A stretch of DNA of 64,000 bases from a virus (lineage: Duplodnaviria; Caudoviricetes): the IMG/VR virus record IMGVR_UViG_3300044634_003731, positions 1,155 to 65,154 of that record; one strand, 5' to 3'. A program made the position numbers and the translations under genes. Positions 1 to 9,701 of this stretch are shown here, in pieces (within the stretch, counting starts at the first letter, position 1; each line of letters opens with the position of its first letter). Under the pieces are notes generated by a model. That model had not been told where the DNA came from and ran no database searches. It was given only the letters and a program-made list of their open reading frames with translations.

Positions 1-1248
1 ATAACAAAATTTGTGTTGGAATATAATAATGTTCCAACTAAAGAAATACTTTGTATCGAGATTGAAAAGAGAATAGATATAAATGAAGACCAGTTTAAAA
101 AATTAATTCATTTAGTATCAAGTCTTGAAAGTATTGTAGTAGAAAAAAACTGGTTATTAGATACCACCGAAAAATGGTGTCGTGATCGTGCCATTTATTT
201 GGCACTTATGGAATCTATTCATATTGCTGATGGGGATGATAAAAAATCTCCAGATGCTATTCCATCAATACTCCAAGATGCTCTTGCAGTAAGTTTTGAT
301 AATCATGTTGGGCATGATTATCTTGAAGATTACGAAAAACGTTATGAATCTTATCATAAAAAGGAAGAAAAAATTGAATTTGATCTTGAATATTTTAACA
401 AAATTACAAAAGGTGGGATCCCTAACAAAACTCTTAATATCGCTCTTGCTGGTACGGGTGTCGGCAAGTCTCTATTCATGTGCCATGTTGCTAGCTCCGT
501 CTTGCTCCAAGGGAGGAACGTTCTGTACATTACGTTGGAAATGGCAGAAGAACGCATTGCTGAAAGAATTGACGCGAATCTCTTGAATGTCCCTATTCAA
601 GATATCGTCAATCTTCCAAAACAAATGTTCGAAAGTAAGGTTGCAAATCTTGCAAAGAAGACTCAAGGAACTCTAATCATTAAAGAATATCCAACTGCTT
701 CAGCACATGCCGGGCATTTTAAATCTCTTCTTAATGAACTTTCTCTTAAAAAGTCTTTTAAACCGGATATCATCTTTATCGACTATTTGAACATTTGTGC
801 TTCCAGTAGATATAAAGGTAATAGTAGCATTAATTCTTATACTTTTGTAAAAGCAATTGCAGAAGAACTTCGTGGACTTGCAGTGGAGTTTAATGTTCCT
901 ATTGTAAGTGCTACTCAGACAACTCGTTCTGGTTATGGTTCTTCTGATGTGGAATTGACTGATACCTCAGAATCATTTGGTCTTCCTGCCACTGCTGACC
1001 TGATGTTTGCTCTGATTTCTACAGAAGAACTTGAAGGACTTGGACAGATTCTTGTTAAACAACTTAAGAATCGTTATAATGATCCTACCATTCATAAGCG
1101 GTTTGTGGTTGGTATTGATCGTGCTAAAATGCGTCTTTATGACTGCGAACAATCTGCTCAACAAGATATCCTTGACAATGGGAAAGATGAAGAGTATGAT
1201 TATGAAGAAAAGAAACCTAAGAAAACTTTTGAGGGATTTAAATTCTGA
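1..1248 (+). CDS. gp41: T4 gp41-like replicative DNA helicase (5'-truncated by window edge)
   Basis: Walker A AGTGVGKS, YITLEMAEE, IFIDYLNI, SATQTTR, QLKNRY; frame is open from base 1. Confidence 0.95.
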   Translation: MTKFVLEYNNVPTKEILCIEIEKRIDINEDQFKKLIHLVSSLESIVVEKNWLLDTTEKWCRDRAIYLALMESIHIADGDDKKSPDAIPSILQDALAVSFDNHVGHDYLEDYEKRYESYHKKEEKIEFDLEYFNKITKGGIPNKTLNIALAGTGVGKSLFMCHVASSVLLQGRNVLYITLEMAEERIAERIDANLLNVPIQDIVNLPKQMFESKVANLAKKTQGTLIIKEYPTASAHAGHFKSLLNELSLKKSFKPDIIFIDYLNICASSRYKGNSSINSYTFVKAIAEELRGLAVEFNVPIVSATQTTRSGYGSSDVELTDTSESFGLPATADLMFALISTEELEGLGQILVKQLKNRYNDPTIHKRFVVGIDRAKMRLYDCEQSAQQDILDNGKDEEYDYEEKKPKKTFEGFKF

Positions 1249-1667
1249 TGACTGATAAAAAAGTAATTGATTCTGACAAATACATTGATTTTGTTCGTCA
1301 AACTACAAGTCCAGCAAGTAGTGACTTTGCTCAACTTCTTTCACGAATGACTGAACTTGAAGCAAAACATGATGCTGATGTTCCTCGTCTTTTGACCGCT
1401 GCTCTTGGTATGACTGCAGAAGCTGGTGAATTTACTGAGGTTGTAAAAAAAATCGTTCTTCAAGGTAAGCCTTATATTGAAGAAAATGTCTTTCATATGA
1501 AGCGTGAGCTTGGTGATATTTGTTGGTATATTGCTCAAGCTTGTATGGCACTTGATACCAACTTCCGTGAGATTATGGAAATGAACTATGAGAAATTGAG
1601 TGCTCGCTACCCAGAAGGAACATTTGATGTATATAGAAGTGAAAATCGTGTAGAGGGTGACCTATGA
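1248..1667 (+). CDS. mazG: MazG nucleotide pyrophosphohydrolase
   Basis: AEAGEFTEVVKK...RELGDICWY..NYEKLSARYP; usual cyanophage position after gp41. Confidence 0.92.
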   Translation: MTDKKVIDSDKYIDFVRQTTSPASSDFAQLLSRMTELEAKHDADVPRLLTAALGMTAEAGEFTEVVKKIVLQGKPYIEENVFHMKRELGDICWYIAQACMALDTNFREIMEMNYEKLSARYPEGTFDVYRSENRVEGDL

Positions 1668-1849
1668 CTAAAGAAAAACAAGTAACACTTAAACTTGATA
1701 CTCGTACCGCTGCAGCAGTCCGACAAGTTTTATTTGATGCCCAAAAAGGATATACTTATGATGAAGTCAGTGTTCCTCCTCGTGTAACTGATATTCGTGA
1801 GGTAATTGGGCAACTTGATGATAATATTGGCGCTGTTCTTGGTGCTTGA
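1664..1849 (+). CDS. small hypothetical protein
   Basis: 61-aa ORF overlapping the mazG stop, followed by a terminator. Confidence 0.7.
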   Translation: MTKEKQVTLKLDTRTAAAVRQVLFDAQKGYTYDEVSVPPRVTDIREVIGQLDDNIGAVLGA

Positions 1850-1854
1850 ATTTG

Positions 1855-1874
1855 ACTCCTTCGGGAGTTTTTTT
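1855..1874 (+). terminator. intrinsic terminator
   Basis: ACTCC-TTCG-GGAGT followed by a T-run. Confidence 0.8.
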
Positions 1875-1878
1875 GTTT

Positions 1879-1886
1879 TATAAATA
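1879..1886 (+). promoter_or_regulatory. T4-type late promoter TATAAATA
   Basis: Exact TATAAATA ~25 nt before ORF 1910; (A/T)AAATA variants precede many other ORFs. Confidence 0.75.
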
Positions 1887-1909
1887 AATAAAAAAGTATT
1901 TGTAAAAAA

Positions 1910-2623
1910 ATGTCTAGAATTACTGGAAAACAAGCTCTTGGACTTTTTGAGGCTTATCAAGCAGTATATGCTCCCCAAGAATTATCCGAAGAACAGATTT
2001 GGGAAGAAGTAGAAGAGTGGGTAAATTCACTTCTAGAAGAAGGATATGATCTGAGTGATTATACCTGGGAAGAAATGTACGAAGCATATATCGAAGAGGC
2101 AAGAGCAGAAGGTGTAAAACCTTATAAAGCAGGACCAACTCAAGCAGATGTAAGAGCAAATGCTGCTGCTGCTCGTCAAAAGCACGTTGCAGGCGCTTCT
2201 GGACAAAAAGGTTATGGACCTGAAGATAAGTTTAAGAGTGATTGGAAGCTAAGAGCAACTCCATCTTCGACAAGTAAGAGAAAAGATGGAACTATTGAAA
2301 CTGTTTCTCAGAGAATGGATAGAGAAAAGCCTTATGCTACCAGACCATTTTCTCCATTGTTTACAAAACAAGGAAGTCGCACTGCTTCTGCTGTAACAAG
2401 AACGATTGAGGGTCCAGGAGAACCACAAGCAGTCACAATGCCTAGAAAAGGTAGAGGTGAAAAACCAAAACTTTCTAGAGAAATTATCCGTAAGGAGCAC
2501 GTAGATGTTTATGATGTAGTTCTCTCTCATCTTCTTGGTGAAGGATATGCTAATTCGGTTGAATCTGCAGAAGCAATTATGGTAAATATGAGTGAGCAGT
2601 GGATTGAAAGTATTCTTGGTTGA
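1910..2623 (+). CDS. acidic/basic mosaic hypothetical protein, possibly a head-internal protein
   Basis: Glu-rich LLEEGYDLSDYTWEEMYE and LLGEGYA..AEAIMVNMSEQW modules flanking a basic insert; late promoter upstream. Confidence 0.6.
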   Translation: MSRITGKQALGLFEAYQAVYAPQELSEEQIWEEVEEWVNSLLEEGYDLSDYTWEEMYEAYIEEARAEGVKPYKAGPTQADVRANAAAARQKHVAGASGQKGYGPEDKFKSDWKLRATPSSTSKRKDGTIETVSQRMDREKPYATRPFSPLFTKQGSRTASAVTRTIEGPGEPQAVTMPRKGRGEKPKLSREIIRKEHVDVYDVVLSHLLGEGYANSVESAEAIMVNMSEQWIESILG

Positions 2624-2686
2624 TTTAAACTAAACCAAATTTATATCCCCCCCTTTTCTAAATATAAGAAAGGGGGGGATTTTTTT

Positions 2687-3685
2687 ATGGCCACTGGGCA
2701 ACAAATTGGCGAATATTTTGAAAAATCTTTTGAGTTTCACTTATCATCTCTATATAATATCGCAAGTTTGACAAACTTAAATATAGAAGCTGTTAATTTA
2801 GGTCTCACTTCAGCAGAAAAATTAAAAATAGATAATGAATCGAATGATACTGCAATAAGAGTAAAAGCAAAACTCTCACAATATTATGACATTGCTCCAA
2901 GTGTAATACGTCAAGTTCCAAAAAATCCAAAAACAAGTAAATTTTTTACTAAAATATATTCTGAATTTGATGACAGCAATCCATCTGATATTCTTTTAGA
3001 ATATTCAAGTAAAAAAATTCCAGAAGAAAAATATTTTGGAGTATCTTTAAAACGAACTGCTAAAAATACAAAAACAGTAAAAGCAAATCTTGGAGTCACT
3101 GATATTTTGCAGTTGTTTGGAAAAACAGGAAATGTTACAAATTGGGCGTCAAATTTTTTATATGATCAATTTGCAAAAAAAATTGTCCAAGATAGAAAGA
3201 AAGATGTAGAAGTAAATTATATTAATTACGGATTGATAAGTGCCCCAAAAAATCATTTTTCTACTTCATCTTCCGCTAAATGGTTTAATGCACAATTTGT
3301 TAGATCTTTGCCAAAAAATAAAATTCTATTTCAAAATGATGCAATACAAATAAAAAATAATTATGTTAATTATTTCGAACAAGAACTCAACAAATTATCT
3401 CAAGATACACTAAAGAAATTTATAATTGAAGATGCATTAAAAGAGGTTTCTTTGCCTTTATATATTGTTGCTAAAAGTTCTGGAGGAATATTTTCATCAT
3501 ATAGTACAAATAAGATATTAGATATTGCATCTTCAGACATTGTGGTGAATACTAGAAAAACGCCGCAGGGAGGAACTAGAATAATACTGAAGAGAAAGCA
3601 GGGTGTAGATAGTATAATTGAGATAAGAATAAAATTTTCATCTGGTCAAGATATGACTAGTCCAATAAAAGTTGAGATCACTTAG
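2687..3685 (+). CDS. putative PD-(D/E)XK-type, restriction-like endonuclease
   Basis: NPSDILL...FGVSLK motif; very AT-rich, Lys/Asn-rich. Confidence 0.45.
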   Translation: MATGQQIGEYFEKSFEFHLSSLYNIASLTNLNIEAVNLGLTSAEKLKIDNESNDTAIRVKAKLSQYYDIAPSVIRQVPKNPKTSKFFTKIYSEFDDSNPSDILLEYSSKKIPEEKYFGVSLKRTAKNTKTVKANLGVTDILQLFGKTGNVTNWASNFLYDQFAKKIVQDRKKDVEVNYINYGLISAPKNHFSTSSSAKWFNAQFVRSLPKNKILFQNDAIQIKNNYVNYFEQELNKLSQDTLKKFIIEDALKEVSLPLYIVAKSSGGIFSSYSTNKILDIASSDIVVNTRKTPQGGTRIILKRKQGVDSIIEIRIKFSSGQDMTSPIKVEIT

Positions 3686-3712
3686 ATAGATAAATACCTA
3701 TAAACCTATAAG

Positions 3713-5011
3713 ATGAAAAGATTTTCTCAATTTATATTAGAAGCAAAAGAAACCAGGGCATCTGAGCAAGCTAAGAAACTTGGTTTGGTTGGTGATGGTC
3801 ATGGGGATTGGTATAACTCCCAGGGAGAATTTGTTGCTAAAACTGTAGATGGGCAATTAAAATTTTTTAATAAAGGACAAAGAATTGGATTAAGAGATAT
3901 TCCACCAAAATCTGGACAAGGAAGAGGAGCATCTGCTACGGCACAACAGCAAGTATCTCCACAACAAACTCAAGGTCAGCAAATTTCTCCTCAAAGAATA
4001 CCTATTGGTCAAGAAGAGCAAATGCCTGCGGATGATGAGTTTTTAACAATTGTTCTTGCTAAATTTAATCCCCCATCAAAAGAGCATAAAAAATTATTTA
4101 CTACTGCAAAAAGAGTTTCTTTGGGCGGAGAAGTAAGAGTTTATCCATCTAGAACTCAAGATAATAAATCTAATCCATTATCTACAAATAGAAAAATTTA
4201 TTATTTGAAAATGATGTTTCCTGAAATTAAAGATGATATTGTAAATAATCCAGAAATTAAAACAATATTTGATGTGTTAATTGCAGGAAATGAAGATGGA
4301 TATTCGAATGTAAATATTGTTGTTGGGTCTGATCGCCAAGCCGAAATACAAAATTTAGCAAATAAGTATAATGAAAAATTTTATCAGTACAATGAAATAA
4401 AAGTAATTCCTACTGGAAATTTTGATACAGAAAAGGATGTTTCGGGAATTTCTTCTGGTATGATGAGAAAAACTGCTGCAGATAATAATTTTAGAGAATT
4501 TAAAAGAGCCGTTACTAAAAATGTTGATGACCTTGATGCTAGAAAATTGTTTAACGAGCTCAGGAAAGCAATGGGATTTAAAGAAAATGTTAAGGAAAAT
4601 TATAATCTTTGGGAAATTGCCCCAGAATTAGACTTTAAAAATTTAAGAGAAAATTATATCCAAAATAAAATTTACAAAATTGGAGATATTGTGGAAAATG
4701 TGAATACTGGTTTGGTAGGTAAAGTTATACGTAGAGGAACAAATTATTTGATTTGTGTTACTGAAGAAGATGTTATGTTTAAATCCTGGATAAAAGATAT
4801 TGTTGAGTACAATGAAGTTAAAATGGATAGTTTAATGAGGGATAAAACTCACCCAAATACTCTTGTTGGAACTTTAGGGTCATTTAAATATCACGCAAAA
4901 ATGACTCCAGGTGCAATTGGAACTAATAAGAAAAATCTTCAGTATGGGGGTAAAGCATATGGAGTAAATTTTATAAATAAATATAAGGCAAAAAAAGCAA
5001 GTACTTGTTAA
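3713..5011 (+). CDS. cyanophage cytidylyltransferase-like protein (HIGH nucleotidyltransferase fold)
   Basis: KFNPPSKEH, SRTQD..NPL, IVVGSDR, SGISSGMMR; N-terminus MKRFSQFILEA. Confidence 0.8.
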   Translation: MKRFSQFILEAKETRASEQAKKLGLVGDGHGDWYNSQGEFVAKTVDGQLKFFNKGQRIGLRDIPPKSGQGRGASATAQQQVSPQQTQGQQISPQRIPIGQEEQMPADDEFLTIVLAKFNPPSKEHKKLFTTAKRVSLGGEVRVYPSRTQDNKSNPLSTNRKIYYLKMMFPEIKDDIVNNPEIKTIFDVLIAGNEDGYSNVNIVVGSDRQAEIQNLANKYNEKFYQYNEIKVIPTGNFDTEKDVSGISSGMMRKTAADNNFREFKRAVTKNVDDLDARKLFNELRKAMGFKENVKENYNLWEIAPELDFKNLRENYIQNKIYKIGDIVENVNTGLVGKVIRRGTNYLICVTEEDVMFKSWIKDIVEYNEVKMDSLMRDKTHPNTLVGTLGSFKYHAKMTPGAIGTNKKNLQYGGKAYGVNFINKYKAKKASTC

Positions 5012-5012
5012 G

Positions 5013-7424
5013 ATGACTAAAGCAAAACCCGATTATCTTGATTTTGATAGTGATGGAAATACTAGAGAATCAATGAAAAAAGCTTTGAAAGATAAGAAAG
5101 CAAAATCTGTTAAAGAAGGGTTGATTGGCGGTCAAACTAAAATTGATGTTGCTGCTCCTTATGGGAAATTAACTTCTGCAGATTTTAAACATCTCCGAAA
5201 ATCAAAAAAGAAACTCACCAAAGAGGGATATTCAAATTGGAGAGAAGACCTGATTGAAATCGCAGATAAAATTCCAGTAAAAAAGGAAAAAGAAGAAAAA
5301 ATAACAGAAAAAGAAGTTAATAATAAAATTAAGATTAATCCAAAACTTGAACTGGGAGAAGCAGTAGAAAATCTTGGTGGAACTCTTATTGAAATGATCG
5401 AGATTGATGAAGTTGATTATATTGTTGAGAGTGTTTATAATGAACTTCTTGATGAAGGGTATGACGATGACGAAATTGAAGAAGCACTTGAATATGCTTT
5501 AGTTGAGGCAAAAGTAACTTTTGGACACGATACTCCAACAGGACAAAAGAAAAAAGGTAATCTATTAAAAGCAGTTGGAAGACTTGCAAGACAAAAACTT
5601 TCCAGTAAAGTTCGTGGAGTTAAAAGTGCTGCTTCCGGTGCTATTGCTTCTGGTGCAAGACAAGTTGCTAGAGGTGCATTAGGTGTTGCTCGTAAAATGG
5701 AAGGCGACAAAAAACCCAGTAAAGTTCATAGCAAACCCGGAGTAAGAGCATCATCGACTTATAGTGGTGCTGGAGTTGGACAAAGAGAAAGAGTAAGTAG
5801 TGGATCTTATTCTGCCCCAAAACCAGAAGCACCAAAACCAGAAGCACCAAAACCATCACCAAAACCAGAACAAAGAAAAGCATCATCTCCAGTTGCTGAT
5901 CCTTGGGGACCTGCAACTACTCCTTCAAAAAAATCAACACCAAAACCTCAGGCAAAGACAACTAAAGTTCCTGCAAAAACTTCAGAACCAGGATTGAGTG
6001 CTAAACAAAAGGCAGCAGCTGTAAGAGCGCAACGTAGAAATATAAACATATCTCCAGAAGATCTTCAAAGAGTTATTCGTAACGTAAAAGAAGATTATTG
6101 GATCTCTGCCGCTAATTCATATAAAGAAGAATATCAATTAACTGAAAAAGCAGAAAGTGAGCAGCAGCAAAAGATTTTTGGTCTTGCTCTTTCAGTGAAA
6201 AGAGGTCAAACCCCAAGATCTGAAGTAAGTGATAGAGTTCTTAAAATTGTTGATGGAATGGGCGAAAAGGAAATTCGTAAGTTTGCTAAAACAAAGCACG
6301 AAGGACTTCCCCACAAAGTCGAAACAAAAGAAGAAGTAATAAGACAACAACTTATTGCTAGAATGATTAATAAAATTGAAGAACAAAGTGAGATTTGCGT
6401 AGATGAAGCAAAACTTCCAAGTTCAATGAAAAAAGGTAAAAAAAAACTTGAGAGCAAAACTCAAGTAATACATGATGTTGATGATAATCTTGCAGATCAA
6501 AGACATCCTGATGCTGCTAAGATTGATGTGATGAGAAAGAAATCGGGTAAGTGGGAGAAGGTGCAATCATTAACACCTAGCCAGTTTGCCCATCATAAAC
6601 TCAGAAAACCAGGAGAACCGGTAAAGGAAGAAAATGATCCTGGGGATAAGTATGGATTTGATCAGTTTAGAGATACTAAAAAGTTTAAAGAAACGACCAA
6701 ACCAAACAAACCAGTAGTAAGGTTGGGAGACAGTCCAAGAAGACCTGCTCAAAAATCTGTGGTGACTGCTCGCGGCGGATCTGAATTTGGAAGTAAAAAA
6801 CCTAGTACTCCTATGGATAAACCTGGAGAGTTTGCTAAAGATTTAAAATCCAGAATTGGGGTAAAAAATCTGGAGAGAAAGAATGTTCATTTTACTGGGG
6901 GAATGCGTACAGGTTCTGGTCCTGAGAAAAAGGCAGAAGTAGTTAAAAAGATTGTAAAACCTGATGCTAAAAAAGTAATTGCAACAGACGATCATCTTCA
7001 AAATGTAAGGCATATGGCTGCTGCAGCATCTGAAACTGCACCTAAAGCAAAAGTTAGAGCATATCAATCAAAACCAGCGACAAAGGCAAAAGGTAAGGTT
7101 AAGACTGGAGATATTGTTCCAGTAAGAGTTGGTAAGGAAAAGGATTTAAGTGATACTAATATTGGTATAAGAAAGAATACCTCACCTTCATCCTCTACTA
7201 AAGAAACTCAACGTAGAAGAAAAACTGCAAAACGTGGTATGAGAAGTGAAGCACTTGATATAAATACTCAACAACAAAATACTTCACAAGTTAATCAACC
7301 AACTTCAAATGAATTAAATCCTAAACAAAAGTCTGCTCTTTCTAAGTTAGTGCAGAGTAAGACGATGCAATTGACGGCAGCAAAAAGAGCAGTTTCTTCT
7401 GGAGTTTCTCCTGATATTAGTTGA
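5013..7424 (+). CDS. large mosaic Lys/Glu-rich protein with an embedded HAD-like domain
   Basis: PDYLDFDSDGN, AESEQQQKIFGLAL modules; HDVDDNL / VTARG / ATDDHL motifs. Confidence 0.6.
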   Translation: MTKAKPDYLDFDSDGNTRESMKKALKDKKAKSVKEGLIGGQTKIDVAAPYGKLTSADFKHLRKSKKKLTKEGYSNWREDLIEIADKIPVKKEKEEKITEKEVNNKIKINPKLELGEAVENLGGTLIEMIEIDEVDYIVESVYNELLDEGYDDDEIEEALEYALVEAKVTFGHDTPTGQKKKGNLLKAVGRLARQKLSSKVRGVKSAASGAIASGARQVARGALGVARKMEGDKKPSKVHSKPGVRASSTYSGAGVGQRERVSSGSYSAPKPEAPKPEAPKPSPKPEQRKASSPVADPWGPATTPSKKSTPKPQAKTTKVPAKTSEPGLSAKQKAAAVRAQRRNINISPEDLQRVIRNVKEDYWISAANSYKEEYQLTEKAESEQQQKIFGLALSVKRGQTPRSEVSDRVLKIVDGMGEKEIRKFAKTKHEGLPHKVETKEEVIRQQLIARMINKIEEQSEICVDEAKLPSSMKKGKKKLESKTQVIHDVDDNLADQRHPDAAKIDVMRKKSGKWEKVQSLTPSQFAHHKLRKPGEPVKEENDPGDKYGFDQFRDTKKFKETTKPNKPVVRLGDSPRRPAQKSVVTARGGSEFGSKKPSTPMDKPGEFAKDLKSRIGVKNLERKNVHFTGGMRTGSGPEKKAEVVKKIVKPDAKKVIATDDHLQNVRHMAAAASETAPKAKVRAYQSKPATKAKGKVKTGDIVPVRVGKEKDLSDTNIGIRKNTSPSSSTKETQRRRKTAKRGMRSEALDINTQQQNTSQVNQPTSNELNPKQKSALSKLVQSKTMQLTAAKRAVSSGVSPDIS
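5817..5870 (+). repeat. short coding tandem repeat (PKPEA)
   Basis: ccaaaaccagaagca x2 plus degenerate copies. Confidence 0.7.
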
Positions 7425-7482
7425 TTGTTAAATTTAGGTAAAATTCCTAAATAGTTTTGAATCCATTTATCCGGAGGTTATC

Positions 7483-7653
7483 ATGGGAGTATTAGTCGAA
7501 GTTGTAAAACCACTTCTTTTCGCAGCAATGAATTCCTGTCACACCAAGCGTCTTGTAGTTGAACTACTTGAGCGTTATGTAAATACCACTGATAATGATA
7601 TTGATAATGTAATTGCAACAACTGTAAAATCAGCTCTTCTTAAAGGTTGCTGA
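7483..7653 (+). CDS. small protein (56 aa) absent from the ORF track
   Basis: GGAGG RBS; MGVLVEVVKPLLF...TDNDIDNVI...KGC*. Confidence 0.75.
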   Translation: MGVLVEVVKPLLFAAMNSCHTKRLVVELLERYVNTTDNDIDNVIATTVKSALLKGC

Positions 7654-7753
7654 TTTTCTTATACTTAACTTAAGAATATTAATGGAGACTTTAATTTAAC
7701 AGTCTCCATTTTTTATAAATAATTTTTAGCAAATAACTTTTACGGGAAAAGAC

Positions 7754-8515
7754 ATGGCACTCTGGGGAAATAATGATGCTAAAGGATCTGGTGGTACGGT
7801 ATCTTTAGACTATAATACTTTAATTGTAACTGGAACTGGTACAACTTTTGGGCAGGTAGGTGCTGCTGCTACTGGAGATGTAATTCGCTTCGGTGATAGA
7901 ACAGGAACTTATTATGGAGATGCTGTAATTGTTGGTATTGCAAGTACAACTCAATTATCAATTGGAAGAACTTGTGGATTAAGTGGTGCTGCTATTTCCG
8001 GAGTTCAATTTGATATTAGCGAACTTCCAAAATATACAATTAAAGATAAGAGATACCAACAGATTTTTACTGATACAACAGAAACAACCACTGCAGTAAC
8101 TACCACAGCATCTATTACTGCTGGTATTGGTACCAACGTTGTTGCTATTGCAAGTACAACTGGTATTTTAGTTGGCGATACTTTAGTTAGTGGAAGTGTT
8201 TCTAAAGTGGTCACTTCAATCGCATCAACAACGGTTTCTCTTGCTTCTACGATTGCATCCGCAATTACTTCTGGTACCTCTGTTGCATTTAATAGAATAA
8301 GTGGTGGGTACGAAGCATCAATTTATGGTGTTGCTGATGCTGGAGTTGCTGATGCTGCAACCACTACATATGAATTAACCCATTCTGGATGGGTTGGTAT
8401 TCAAACTTATAAAGATGCTGAAGGTAACTTGAGAGTTAAAAAAGAAGTTCTAGTTGCAATGTCTGGTATTACAACAGGAAATACTCCACTTTATGATTCT
8501 AATCCTTTTGCTTGA
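7754..8515 (+). CDS. virion structural / fibre-associated protein
   Basis: MALWGNND start, Thr/Gly-rich VGIASTT motifs, HSGWVG...VKKEVLVAM C-terminus; late promoter upstream. Confidence 0.7.
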   Translation: MALWGNNDAKGSGGTVSLDYNTLIVTGTGTTFGQVGAAATGDVIRFGDRTGTYYGDAVIVGIASTTQLSIGRTCGLSGAAISGVQFDISELPKYTIKDKRYQQIFTDTTETTTAVTTTASITAGIGTNVVAIASTTGILVGDTLVSGSVSKVVTSIASTTVSLASTIASAITSGTSVAFNRISGGYEASIYGVADAGVADAATTTYELTHSGWVGIQTYKDAEGNLRVKKEVLVAMSGITTGNTPLYDSNPFA

Positions 8516-8521
8516 TGATTT

Positions 8522-8914
8522 ATGTTTTTTACTGAATTGAATGAGGACAATTTTATTTTATTTGCTATTAAAAATTATGAAAATCCTCAAGCAGTAACAA
8601 AAGAAGATTTTGAAAAAGATTTAAATCATTTCAAATATATTAAAAGGTTACTGAAAAGATATAAAAGAGAAGGTGAATTAAAAACTCACCTTCTACTAAA
8701 TCATTTTATTATTCTTTATAATATTTTTGGGGAAGCAACAACTCCAATGTTATTTTTTAAAATAGAGAAAGAACTTTGGTCTTCTTTAAAATCATTTATT
8801 ATTTTTCTTGGTAGATTACCGGACTATCCAAAAACACCAATACATGATATTACGGTTGATATAAATTGCTTAACAAAGTTGTATAAAATCTACAATGAAT
8901 CAGAAAAAAATTAA
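8522..8914 (+). CDS. conserved T4-like hypothetical protein
   Basis: ELNEDNF.LFAIKNYENP...KYIKRLL...LLLNH. Confidence 0.8.
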   Translation: MFFTELNEDNFILFAIKNYENPQAVTKEDFEKDLNHFKYIKRLLKRYKREGELKTHLLLNHFIILYNIFGEATTPMLFFKIEKELWSSLKSFIIFLGRLPDYPKTPIHDITVDINCLTKLYKIYNESEKN

Positions 8915-9098
8915 TAGAATACTTGAAATATTTCGATCGCATTTAAATGAAGAACCTACTATGGCATTGAGTCATGGGCAAATTGCAGGAACAAAAGAAT
9001 CCGGTGATGAACCTCCTGTAGATTTGAGGAAAGGAAAAATGAGAACCTGGAATCCTTTCTTTAAGAATCTTGTAAAAATGTATAGAAGAAAAAAATAA
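8895..9098 (+). CDS. hypothetical protein
   Basis: EEPTM..GQIAG..GDEPPV module. Confidence 0.65.
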   Translation: MNQKKINRILEIFRSHLNEEPTMALSHGQIAGTKESGDEPPVDLRKGKMRTWNPFFKNLVKMYRRKK

Positions 9099-9179
9099 AA
9101 AAAATAAATATCTGTAGTACTACTTTGGGTTTATTTTTTATTTTTGTAGTATATAAAAAAAAAATAAATCCTTAAAAAA

Positions 9180-9608
9180 ATGTTCAACCAAAACACAACT
9201 ACCGATACTAAAATTGCTGTTTTAGAGGAACGTTTATCTTCTTACGAACTTTTATTAAAGAAGATAGATGAAGCAATTCAGATTATGGGTAAAACAAGTC
9301 AAAGTATTAGTAAAATGCTTGCTGTTCATGAAGAAAAAATCGAACAGTGTGTTAAATCAGATGATTTGATAGGTGGTCTTATTGGGGAACTAAAAGAAGA
9401 AAATAAAGAACATCGTTTGCATATTGATAAAAAAATAGAGCATATGGAAGAAAAGATAACAGAAATTGATAAAATAAAGTGGATTACTGTTGGAAGTGGG
9501 GTAGTACTTGCAGTTGTTGCTGCTTCAATATCTACTCTTGCTTCTGGGTGGTGGACTCCTGCTGGAATGGAAACTCACAATAGAATAGTTAACGAAAAGA
9601 TAAAATAA
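9180..9608 (+). CDS. coiled-coil protein with C-terminal TM helix (possibly holin-like)
   Basis: IAVLEERL...LAVHEEKI coil, then KWITVGSGVVLAVVAA. Confidence 0.6.
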   Translation: MFNQNTTTDTKIAVLEERLSSYELLLKKIDEAIQIMGKTSQSISKMLAVHEEKIEQCVKSDDLIGGLIGELKEENKEHRLHIDKKIEHMEEKITEIDKIKWITVGSGVVLAVVAASISTLASGWWTPAGMETHNRIVNEKIK

Positions 9609-9701
9609 GTAATAACAATCATCCCCCATTGTATAATATGGATACGCGCATTGACAAAACCAAATATTCTGGTATGATACATAGACGTTAAATGTGTTGT
9701 C

